Source of the DNA: Hemiscyllium ocellatum
Lineage: Eukaryota
Reading direction: 5' to 3'
Length of the DNA: 64,000 nucleotides
NCBI RefSeq assembly: GCF_020745735.1
Contig: NC_083415.1
Location: 38,120,964-38,184,963 of the forward strand
Each line of letters begins with the position of its first letter. The stretch's first letter is position 1. Positions 38,701 to 50,450 of this stretch are shown here, in pieces. Below the pieces are notes generated by a model, which saw nothing but the letters and a program-made list of their open reading frames with translations, did not search any database and had not been told where the DNA came from. Made by a program: the position numbers and the translations under genes.

Positions 38701-41185
38701 TCAGAGATTAGCTAATTTCTCATAAAATTCAGCCTAATATCTCATTTTCAATCAGTCTGTCAATCTGGTAATTGAAACCTTTCTGTAATTCGCCTTAAGG
38801 ATATTTTTATACTTCTCAATTACGCCACACAAATGCAAGTTGTTCTACGAGTTGCTTTTCACTGTTGTTCTTCACAGTGTGCACTCTTCACATTTCTTTA
38901 CATTGAATAGTTACCTATTTCTTACTCGATTTATGTGCCTTTCTTTGCACAATATGCTGCATTCTTACAGTTTGCCAAATTTAATATGAAGATACATCCA
39001 AATAATTTTTTTTTTTGCAAATGAAAAATTGAAATGACCCCTGGACAGATTTCCTGCCAGAGATGATATAGTACATTTCAGAACTGTGCTGTGGGAGATC
39101 ATGATCCTTCTTCCAACAAAGTATATTTCTGATTTGTGTTAATGAAAGTTGGAGGGCAAGTTGATTCATGCTGCTTTTGCATATTTGGCAAAGTGTGGAA
39201 TTCTGGCACTGGATCCCAACTGTTCTTGCACTGATGAATGTCCAAGTCAACTTATGCAATAACTAAATGTGGTCTCAATAAATGCTAACTGATTTCAGCC
39301 CTGTCCATGCTGTCGGCCAGGAACAGAGATGTCAGCACAAAGCGTTACGATCAGAAAAGGATACTTGCAACATTTGTCATTTATGAATAATATATCTTTG
39401 AAGAATCTGCTGACTTTAGCTTGTACTTTTATGCAGGTATGTCACATATCCATTCCACAGCCAGAACCTTCTTTATTTCTGCACATTGAATAGATTCACA
39501 TTTACCAGGCATTTTGGATCAATTAGACACATTGAAATATGTGTGCACCTTTATTAATGTGTTGTTGTGGTCCAACATGTTGAAGTTCCAACTTGTAATA
39601 TGTATCCTTTTATGTCGCAGAAACAAAGAAACCAGTGTCACATTGGCTGAGGGGCAGTGCGCACCTCTGAGCCAGAAGGTTAAGGATTCAAATGCTGTTC
39701 CTACATATCAGCATATAATCTAGGATAATTTGTTCATGTTGCCTTGTTGGAAGTGCGATCGTTCGATGAGCAAGTAAACCTTACTGTACTCAAATTGGTT
39801 ACTATGTTTTCTACATTACAATAGTAACTATTCTTCTAAAGTGCTTAATTGACTGTAAAGAACTTTGGGGAATCCTGAGGGTATAGAAGCAATTATATAA
39901 CTATAGCTGCTATTTTTTTCTATCCTGACAGTGACCATTTTGTAATCCTATACTCTTCTGAATTCATAACTGACTGTCCAGTGTACTTGGAAAGTTCATC
40001 TCCAACTGCAGACTAAATCTTAAAATATGGTGCAAGTTTAAAATGGATTCTCAATTTTCATCTTGACTTGTGCCTGTTAATACTAATTTGGATATGACTT
40101 GCAGATAACAAAACATTGCTGTTCAGTAGGAGCACTGAACAATCATCAACGTGGCTGCAATTAAACTGTTTTGATACTAAGTTTAGGGGAAAGTGTTGTA
40201 TGCAATGCAAGTAAACGTGTAGCATGCATATATTTGCTTCATAATTTCATGAAAACTTTGTAGTCTTTCTCTTGCATCAACGTTTGGTCTTCTGGTATGA
40301 ATTTAACAGATGCAACTCATCTTCATGCATTTTTTTGGATCTTATCCAACAGACATTAGCTGTACTTTACTCCATCTTGTGTAAATTGAAATAATGTAGT
40401 AAATGGCCTGTTAGTACTTCCCTCCAAGGTTTTTCTATTTTTTTAAGTTCCGTATGGATTATAATTAAACCAGTCCGTAATCCACTGGAAAAAATAATCT
40501 TAGGAGGTCTGGGACTTGGGAGTGGCAGAACAAAATTCTCTAATTTTAAAAATCACAGTTGATCAGTGTTATACAGGATATCTCTCAACAGCAGAACATT
40601 ATCTCTTAACTAAATCACCAAGTAGATATTCTAATTTTATAGGACAGCCCAGTTACATGAGATCTGCTACCTAGCAACGGTAGAGTATTTTGCACCTCAC
40701 ATAATATGATGACCTAGCCCCTGTAAAACTGCATATTCTCAAATTGCCAGCAGTACTATCACGGAGAAACGTGCTGGTAATATTTATGCAATATAATCCT
40801 ATACAATCCATTTTAATTTGCGTTGTTCAGTTGCATATAGCATATTTATTACATCACCTCTATAACCACATTGCTCTGTGTGGTTTTTGTCTTCATACAG
40901 ATGATGCGCTCTGGCTTTGTTGCTTGCTATCTTACTCTAGATGGGTGCTAAATGTTGTAGTGCAAGCTCATCCCTGTAGGAGCACTGTATCCTATCAAAT
41001 GGGGTGACACTGGGACTTTTCTAGGTCCTAGTTCAAAAAGCAATGAGCATTGAGTTAAAAGCGTTAAATCCTGATTTCAAGAGAAACGTAGTTGTGATTT
41101 TTAGAGGTACAGAATTGTGCATGGGTTGTCTTGATATCATTCTATATGATTTGAGTGAGCATATTTTGAATCAAGCATTTTGTGC

Positions 41186-41262
41186 TTTCCTCTTTGATAG
41201 CTTTTACATTAGAATTGCAATTTTCAATTGCAATTCTAATGTAAAAGCTATCAAAGAGGAAA
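41186..41262. repeat. Perfect 37-bp-arm palindrome, 3-nt loop
   Basis: 41186-41222 is the exact reverse complement of 41226-41262. Confidence 0.95.
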
Positions 41263-43317
41263 TTTTCAATTATAATCCCTTACAATCATTGCTGGTCTTA
41301 AAATGCATTAAAATTCCAATAACTGCTTGGGATTTATATCTAAATATCTGAAGCAGATGCACTGTGCTGTACAAGATAAGTAAAATGCTTGAATTCATTC
41401 TTGTGGTTCTTGATTCCTCATCAAAGTTCCTGGTATATTTTGGGATGTTCTCTGATGATGACAATGTGAATGGGATCGAGGGAATATTAGATTTGCTGAT
41501 TGCACTATATTACTAACCAAAATATTGTTATGTTTTCACATCACAACCTCACAACAATTTGTCCAAATTTTCTTCCTCTCCTTTACAAAAAGGTTGCTCA
41601 TGTGAAGTTTTTACTTTAAAAAATATTATTTTAATACAATCTAATAATAAATAAATGGTCTGGATCCTTAGGATGGCATATTTATACTATGCAATGTACA
41701 GTAGTGAACAGGGTATTTGACCTCCCCAGTGCATGAAAGTGTTTAGGCAGCATGTAAGCTTTGTCCCATCCTTGCATATCCAGCTGACAGCAGAGTCCTT
41801 TATTTTCTTCTTCTGAAGTCTGCATCCAGTCTCTCCTTAAATGCATCTGTGCTCATCGTCCTAACCATGCCTCTTTTTGGCTGTAATTGTTCACATTTGA
41901 ATATGTCAATGTTTGATCCCAGTAATATTTTTAAATTCTGATATTTAAACAAAGCTGAATGGGGTCTTGGTTGGTGTGGGGAGGACTGTGGTGCATTGAC
42001 CCACACTGAGAAGGAAAACCTGGATTCAGCAAGGCCATTTGAACTTCGTGTTGAATTCAAACAGATTCCATTTTGAATTGTCCAAAAGCTTTAACTGACA
42101 GTGTGGAGTCATAAATTGATGAAGTACACATTAAGCTTTGTTGAAGGGAAGGTGAAGCCTCTAAGTGTCATGGCATGAAGATTTTAAAATATTCTGCTCC
42201 TTAAAAGTGATTAAAATTAGCTGGCCTTGTCAGTTAAGAGCTTAAAAAGAGCTCTGCTTAATTGCTTGGTGAAAGGCCATCTTGTGCAGGTTAGAAAAGT
42301 CATAATCACCTGGTTGTGCGGTTTCAGTGGAGATATTTGTTAACATTTCCCAAACGCTAACAATATGGCTATGAATGCTTGGCTGATCACTTACTGCAGC
42401 TTTAAAGGATTAATTGTGTTGGTGGGATATGAATGCAAAGTTTTTATCTGTTTTATAGTGACTAACTATTTGCATTTTAGTAGCTTTTTAATATCATTCA
42501 AGGATGAGAATATTTATCGCTTTGAAGACTGTATTAGTGAGACCTGTATTAGATTGTTAGAAGTTTAGTTTTTCATCTCCATATGACCTTTTGTTCATCA
42601 CAAGGAAGCCTATGACAGTGGCCTGAATGGTGGATGGGAGCATGAGTTGACATGGGGCAATGTTGGTTTTGTGCTCACGGAGATGAGTGACATGAGTTAG
42701 CACAGCGGTGACATGGGAATTTGAAACCTCGAGGGCTTCAAGAGAGCCAACAAGGTGGGTTTCTAATCGGCCTGCCTCAGTACTCACATGCTTTGGCATC
42801 CACCTTCCAGGGCCTGCAGGCCGAAGCCAATGCGAGTGTCACCTCCTCAGAAAGGAAATGAAGTCTAATGAGGCCCTTTAAAATGAGTTTGGAAGTTTCT
42901 TGACTTTGGTTATCTGCATTGGTTGCAGATATCTGGCCCTTTAATGCAGTGGAGTGAAAAAGGGCTCAGATATTGGGCAGGCTTTCTTACAGACTGAACC
43001 TTTGCTGTTTCTTTGAGACACAGCCTGTAACATTACCAAACCACACTTAGTAGCACAACTGTGGTTTGCTGTTTGCCTCTCAGAAATTCAGGATGCTATG
43101 CAGATGTTGTACAGAAATGTCTTGCTTTTAAGAGCAAAAAACACCTCCTCTTGATAAACATTGAACATAAAGCTGCAGATTTACTCGTGTCCTGCACTCT
43201 CTCTCCTTAACAACAAAAATCATTCTGGTTGATTGACTTAGTGTACATTGCAGGGTGATGAGATATATGCAAATCCAGAACACTCTCTAGATTGGAGCCC
43301 TAAACTTCTCTATTACA

Positions 43318-43520
43318 GGGTTTGGTTTGGCTCAGTTGGCTGGGTGACTGACTTATGATGCAGGGTGGTGCAATCAGTGCAGGGTCAATTCCAGCTGTGG
43401 TTAGCACAAATGTTCTGCCTTCTTAACCTTCCCTTTTACCATAAGGTATGATGCCCCTCCGAATGAACTCAGTGCCAGTCAGTCTCTCTGTAATGTGTGT
43501 ACACCCTATGTTTCACTGAA
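43318..43520 (+). mobile_element. Old tRNA-derived SINE
   Basis: tggctcagttggct A box, gggtcaattcc B-box-like. Confidence 0.45.
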
Positions 43521-43581
43521 CTTTTTCAGACTGTGAGTCCAGCTGAGAGAAAGCATTAAGAGTCTCAAAGTAGCCTTTGGC

Positions 43582-46511
43582 CGAACACTCTCAGTCAGAC
43601 CCACCGACATCAAGCCGGTGTTCTTCTCTGACCACTGCCTCCTGCTGGCCGACTGTCACCTACAGGACAAGCAGCAGGCTGGTAAGGGAACGTGGAAGCT
43701 GAACACAAAGTTGTTAACCCTGGGAAACATTGAGGAGCTCAAGAGGGACTACGCAGGTTGGAGAACCGTGAAGCCCCTCTTTGAGTCCCCAGTGGACTGG
43801 TGGGAAACAGTAAAAGGGAACATCAAGAGGTTCTTCATCCTCAAAGGTGTTCAGGAGGCGAGAGAGAGGCGGAGAAAACTGTCCCAACTCCAGGAAAGTA
43901 TGCAGAACCTGCTCCTGCTGCAGATGATGGGGGTGGATGTCACGGAGGACCTCAAGGAGGTGAAGGGCCAGCAAGCCTCACTCTTTGCCTTGGAGGCTCT
44001 AAAACAATCTTCCAGTCCAGTGTCCGCTCGGTGGAGCAGGACGAGACGTGCTCGTGTTTCTTCTTGCAGAAGGTGCACAGAGAGCTCTGTGCTCAGCAGC
44101 CTGAAGGAGGAAGATAGCTCGATAACATCATCTCAGGCTGACATCATGCGGATCAGTAAATCCTTCTATACCAGCCTGTATGACGCGAAGCCAACCGACA
44201 GCACGGCCTCCCAGTCGTTCCTGTCCTCTATCACGGTGGTCTTAGGCAACAGAACATAGGAGATGCTGGACCAGCCACCATCTCTCTGGATGAGCTGACC
44301 AAGGCCCTCGAGAGTCCTTCGAAAAGAATAGAACTCCCTGAAGCGACGGCTTACCAGTCGAGCTCTATTCTGCTCTGGAGGACTTGATTGGCCTGGACCT
44401 CCAGCAGGTCCATGTCTGTATGCTTTGGGCAGGTACCATGAGGAAAAGCATCATTACAAGTGGAAGGGGGAGAGGGAGGAACTCAAAAATTGGGGACCAA
44501 TCTCGCTGTTGAATGCGGATTACAAAATTCTGTCAAAGGTTATCACCAACCGGGTCACATCTGCTCTGGGGTCGGTGATTCACCCTGACCAAACCTGTGC
44601 TGTGCCGGGCAGGAAGATTGCTGAGAGTCTCGCACTCCTCAGGGATACAATCGCCTATGTGCAGGACAGAGGGTTGGACACCTGCCTGATCAGCCTGGAC
44701 CAGGAGAAAGCCTTTGACAGGATATCTCACAGGTATATGAGAAATGTTCTCTCCAAAATGGGCTTTGGGGAGGGAATCTGTAATTGGATCAGACTGCTCA
44801 ACACCAACATTGTCAGTGCAGTCTCCATCAATGGGTGGGAATCAGATAGCTTCCCAGTCAGATCTGGAGTCAGGCAGGGCTGCCCTCTCTTTCCTGTCTT
44901 GTTTGTGTGCTGTATAGAGCCATTTGCTGAGTCCATCAGGAAGGATGCGAGCCTGAGAGGGGTGACTATTCCTGGCAATGGGGACCTGCAGGTTAAGGCC
45001 TCCCTGTACATGGATGACGTCACCGTTTTCTGCTCGGATCCGCTGTCCATGTGCAGACTCATATGCATTTGTGACCAATTTGAACGGGCCTCGGGGGGAC
45101 CAAGGTAAACCGAGGCAAGAGTGAGGCCATGCTCTTTGGGAACTGGGCCGACCAATCCTTGATCCCCTTCACTGTCAGGACCAACCACCTGAAGGTGCTG
45201 GGTATTTGGTTGGGGGGGCTGGGGCGTGAGCCAAGTCTTGGGGGGAGCGTATCAGCAAAGTGAGGCAGAAACTGGGCAGATGGAAGCTACGGTCGCTCTC
45301 CATCGTGGGGAAGAAACCTGGTCATCATATTTGAGGCACTGTCATTGCTGTTATACGTGGCACAGGTCTGGCCTGTTCCCAGAACCTGTGCCGCTGCAGT
45401 CACCCGGGCCATCTTCCAATTTATATGGAGGTCAAAGATGGACCGGGTCCGAAGGGACTCGCTATACAAAGATCTGGGCAACGGGGGATAAAATACACCC
45501 AGTGCCACCCTCACCTTGATGGCCACCTTTGTGTGTGGCTGCATCAAGCTGTGCGTGGATCCCCGGTACCCAAACACCAAGTGTCACTATGTACTGAGGT
45601 TCTACCTGCCCCCAGTGTTGCGAAGGATGGGCCTAGCCTCACTGCCACGGAACACTCCGAGTAGTTGGACCGTTCCGTATCACTTGTCCTTCGTGGAGAA
45701 GTTTATGAAGAAAAACACCTTTTGACCACAAGTCCATCAGGAAGTGGTCAGCACGTAGTGTCCTTGAAACCCTTTGGGAAGAGGAGAAGCAGATCCTATC
45801 GAGCGGTTCCCCGAGCAGACTGTCAAAGCCATTTGGCAGAATGCCTCATTGTCAGAACTTTCCAACAAGCACTAAGACATGGTTTAGCTGGTGGTGAGAA
45901 GGGCTCTGCCTATGAGATCCTGTATGCCCGCTGCCCTTGAAGCGGCTGCGGGGGGAACGAGACTGTCACACACCTTCTGGAATGTGCCTACGCAGAAGAG
46001 GTCTGGAGAGGACTGCAGTGGTGTTTGTCGAGGTTCGTCCTGAGCAGCACCGTGACGCGGGACTCGTGCTCTACGGCCTGTTCCCAGAGACGAACATCAA
46101 CTGTGTCTGGAGGATCATCAACTCGGTGAAAGACACTCTCTGGGCGGTCCAAAACCTGTTGATTTTCCAGCTGAAGGAGTTGACCCTGACTGAGTGTTGC
46201 AGACTGGCACATTCCAAGGTCCAGTCTACGTGTTGAGGGACGCGCTGAAGCTTGGGGGCAGCTGCCGCCCGGGTGCGGTGAAGAAAGACCACCGTGTAAC
46301 ATCTGCCTGCCTAAAGAATAGGGGGCCCATGCAGTCATTTGGGCTCTGCTGATGCCTCAGCTAAAAAAATGTAATCGTACAGACCTGTAAATAGGAATGA
46401 TTACTGTTTCGGTATGCAAAGAAATGGAATGTTTACAAATGTATGGCATGACCAATTGTACAGATCGTCAAAGTATTTTATGAATAAAGTATATTTTTGA
46501 AACAAAAAGAA
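43582..46511 (+). mobile_element. Tx1-type (L1 superfamily) non-LTR retrotransposon, 5'-truncated, disrupted ORF2
   Basis: FSDH/WKLNTKLL (EN end), PISLLNADYKILSK, DQEKAFD, GVRQGCPL, YMDD; AATAAA and A-rich tail. Confidence 0.9.
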
Positions 46512-46542
46512 ACTTTGGTATTCCTGTTGGGGTAAGAGTGGT

Positions 46543-46919
46543 TGGGCGGTCGGAAACCTGTTGATTTTTCCAGCTGAAGGAGTTGACCCTGACTGAGTGT
46601 TGCAGACTGGCACATTCCAAGGTCCAGGACTACGTGTTGAGGGACGCGCTGAAGCTTGGGGCAGCTGCCGCCAAGACGCGGTGGGGAAAGACCACCGTGT
46701 AACATCTCCCTACCAAAGAAGAACAGGGGGCCCACCCAGTCATTTGGGCTCTGCTGACACCTCAACAGAAGAGCTGGATAGTAAATGTACAGACTTGTAT
46801 ATAGGAAAAATAAATTTCGATGTAAAGCAATGTAATGTGTGCACAAGAATGGCATGACCAATTGTATAGAGATCCAAATAATTTTATTAATAAAGTATAT
46901 TTTTGAAATAAAAAGAAAA
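46543..46919 (+). mobile_element. Second short Tx1 3'-end insertion
   Basis: Homologous to 46141-46511 with a different 3'UTR middle; TSD gttggggta(a/g)gagtggt at 46526-46542/46920-46936. Confidence 0.9.
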
Positions 46920-47852
46920 GTTGGGGTAGGAGTGGTGTTGTAGGAGGGGAAAGTCAGGGTTTCCTGCTCCTCTTCATCTGTTAATGGGCATTGCAACTGG
47001 GCCTAACAGTGTCACTGCTATAGATAAAATATTCTACCAGCTAGTGCTGTCCTGGCTTGTGCATGAAACATAATCAACTTTGATAGAAAAGAGAGATGCA
47101 AGCACTTCTAGACTATAAATTGCCCATAACTTTAGGAGACTAAGGGTAAAGGGAGAAACTGGTCATAGTAGTTGGAACAGAAGAGCTAAGAGAGCAGTGG
47201 GTGTTTTGCAGAAGTCTGTAGAAGACATTGCTGCTGATGAAGTAATTTCACACCTTTTGCAGCTGCAGTAATTTATTGCAGTGTTACAGCTATTTATTTT
47301 TATTTCTAATAGGTTTTCTTTGCTCCCATCATTATCCTCAAGATGACACTTTATAAACAGTATTTTCTGCCAGCTGAAATTTTAACTTACAGGTTTCATT
47401 TTGAAGTTTCAGTTGATATTAAAAATACTTTGGTATATATTCCTGAAACCTGGTCTCATCTCAGCTTGCTGACTGTGCAGGGTAGGATAAGAGAGAGAGA
47501 ACTTATTTCTGAAAAGGCATAAACAGCAATGAGCTATGTTCTGCTGACTTGTTTTAAATCCATTGAGAGGAAATAATATTGGCAACTTGGTTTTAGTGCC
47601 AGACTTTGTGTACAGCTCACAGTCCGTAGGCAGATGATCTAAACATCATCCCAAAACTGTTTGGACTTACTTTAAATCAGACAGTTTAAGTATTCTTATT
47701 ACATCGTTTTATGTGTGAGGGCTGGTTGCTAAACCAAAGCCTCACTTTTTATTAAGTCAGAGATTTGATTTAATTTTCCTGCATTTCTGTTAACTCTCTT
47801 CCCCTGGAGCCATGCTGGGCTCTGATGTCTGTCTGCTGACAACCTTCCGTTA

Positions 47853-48630
47853 AAGACAACAAAAAAAGCAGAGAAAATCTCAGCAGGTCTGGCAGCATCT
47901 GTAAGGAGAGAAAAGAGCTGACACTGACCCTTTGTCAAAGCTAAAAAAAGGGAGAAATGGGGAGGTATACGTACTAGGCTGAGAGAAGGTGAGTCATGGC
48001 TCCAGAAGCAAAGGTAGCAATAAAGAGGTGATAACGATGGTGCATACAGAGATTATAGGGAGATTAGGAGCTGTGAATGACCAAGGCTGAAGCCAGTGCT
48101 ATGTGACAAAATTTGTGGAGGATGGGGGGGATGGGTGAAGCCGAGGCAAAATGGAAGACAGGGAGAAGGGTAGCAAAGGGGGAAGAGGAGAGGAAAAAGG
48201 TGATGAGAGAGTGGGGAGTGAGAAAGAGACAATCAAGAAATAGGTACAGAAGTGAAAAAAAATTTTTAAAAATAAAATATATGAAACAAAATTACGGAGC
48301 AGAATGAAAACAGAGGGCTCGAGATGGGATAATCATCTGAAGTTGTTAAGTTCAATGTTGAGACCGGCAGGCTGTAATGTGCCTAGTCGGAAGATGAGAT
48401 GCTGTTCCTACAGTTTGCGTTGAGCTTCACTGGAACATTGCAGCAGGCCAAGGACAGACATGAGGGTATGGGAGCAGGATTGTGTGTTGAAATGGCAAGC
48501 CACAGGAAGGTCCAATTAGACTTGAAACGTCAGCTCTTTTCTCTCCTTACAGATGCTGCCAGACCTGCTGAGATTTTCCAGCATTTTCTCTTTTGATTTC
48601 AGATTCCAGCATCCACAGTAATTTGCTTTT
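47853..48630 (-). mobile_element. PLE (Neptune-type) 3' fragment with inverted terminal repeat
   Basis: Minus 48462-48333: MSVLGLLQCSSEAQRKL*EQHLIFRLGTLQPAGLNIELNNFR*; IR ~47868-47922/~48529-48582. Confidence 0.85.
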
Positions 48631-48945
48631 AAAAAACTGCAGATGCTGGAATCCAAAGTAGACGGGCAGGAGGCTGGAAGAACACAGCAAATCAAGCAAC
48701 ATCGGGAGGTGGAGAAGTCGATGCTTTTGGTGTAACCCTTCTTTAGGACTGAGGGTGGGTGTGGAGGGAGCTACAGATGAAAGGGGTGGTGAAGTGGGGA
48801 TAGGTGAAAGGTCCTGAAGAAGCGTTACACCGAAGACTTCAAGCTCTTCACCTCCTGATGCACCCTGTCCCCGCCACCCCCTTTATCTGCAGTTCCCCCT
48901 ACACCCACCCCAGTCCTGAAGAAGGGTTACACCCGAAATATCGAC
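48631..48945. mobile_element. PLE terminal-repeat cluster with three HHR copies (best on + at 48913-48945)
   Basis: GTC-CTGAAGA-A-GGGT-tac-ACCC-GAAA-TA-TC-GAC; decayed copies at ~48717-48750(-) and ~48811-48840(+). Confidence 0.8.
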
Positions 48946-49829
48946 AATCTTCCTTTATCTGCAATAAATGATCATTTTTGAATGAAATCAACAATGAATG
49001 TCAGAAAACTTCTCATTTGGGTTTTCTTCAATATCCATTAAGATCAGTTTCACCTCCCATTCCTTACTTTTTGGTGGGGGTTATGGGCAGAGAGTGAGGA
49101 ACTTGAATTCGTATGCTTTACATAGCCTACATTTCAAAAAATGAATTCTGTAAGTTGAAACAGGGGTTACAAAGTTACAGGCAATGAGGTTAGCATAGAG
49201 ATTATAAAGGGTCAGGATGTTGCATACAGGAGCACAGGATTATTTCAAGCATAACAGAAGCCTTGGAGGAGATGGGGTGGGTATGTAGGGAGGCATACAT
49301 CGTGTGGAGGTTTAAGGCATCATGTGATGGTGGTGAGGAGTTATAGGATGGTGAATAAAGTGCAAGAGATCTGGGGGCTAGCATGGATGGAGCATACGGA
49401 GAGTGATCTGTGAGGGCTGAGGCCCTCACCTGGCTTGACCTGAATCCCATGGGACACTGTCACCCTGGGATGAAAATCGGACTTCTGGGGAATTTTCATC
49501 TGGTCCAGGTTTGTGGAGCCAAAAAAAATTAATTATCTCCTTCCGACCTGAGACTAACACTCGAGTTCATGGTAATTCCTGAAGTGTAGGTGAAGGGGGA
49601 GTCCATTCTGTGTGACCTATTGTAGCAGAGAGAGAGTTTGGCAATTTATTTAAAGAATATCACCTCCAACAGTGCTCATTATACCCTGCATTGCATGGGC
49701 TTGTGCTCGGGGTCTAAAGAAAGACAACCTTTGACGGGTGTGTACTGGTTTCCAACTAAACCTAATTCCACAGCAGTTGGGAGAAAGAATGAGATTTTTA
49801 ATCTTTTTCGATCACTGAAATCAACTTGA

Positions 49830-50450
49830 ATAAGACCATAAGACATAGGAGTGGAAGTAAGGCCATTCGGCCCATCGAGTCCACTCCGCCATTCAATCAT
49901 GGCTGATGTGCATTTCAACTCCACTTACCCGCATTCTCCCCGTAGCCCTTAATTCCTTGTGACATCAAGAATTTATCAATTTCTGACTTGAAGGCATTTA
50001 GCGTCCAGGCCTCCACTGCACTCTGCGGCAATGAATTCCACAGGCCCACCACTCTCTGGCTGAAGAAATGTCTCCGCATTTCTGTTTGGAATTGACCCCT
50101 CTAATTCTAAAGCTGTGTCCACGGGTCCTAGTCTTCTCGCCTAATGGAAATAATTTCTTAGCGTCCACCCTTTCCAAGCCATGTATTGTAAGTTTCTATT
50201 AGATCTCCCCTTAATCTTTTAAACTCCAATGAATACAATCCCAGGATCCTCAGCCATTCCTCGTATGTTAGAGCTACCATTCCAGGGATCATCCGTGTGA
50301 ATCTCCGCTGGACACGCTCCAGTGCCAGTATGTCCTTCTTGAGGTGTGGGGACCAAAACTGGACACTGTACTCCGAATGGGGCCTAACCAGAGCTTTATA
50401 AAGTCTCAGTAGCACAACGGTGCTTTTATATTCCAACCCTCATGAGATAA
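49830..50450 (-). mobile_element. CR1 3' fragment
   Basis: LYKALVRPHSEYSVQFWSP..LERVQRRFTRMIPG. Confidence 0.9.

Noticed and set aside
36570-38975. ~120-bp diverged direct repeat (36570-36690 vs 38855-38975)
   Set aside because: Resembles the same region of ancient minus-strand CR1 fragments; no special structure.
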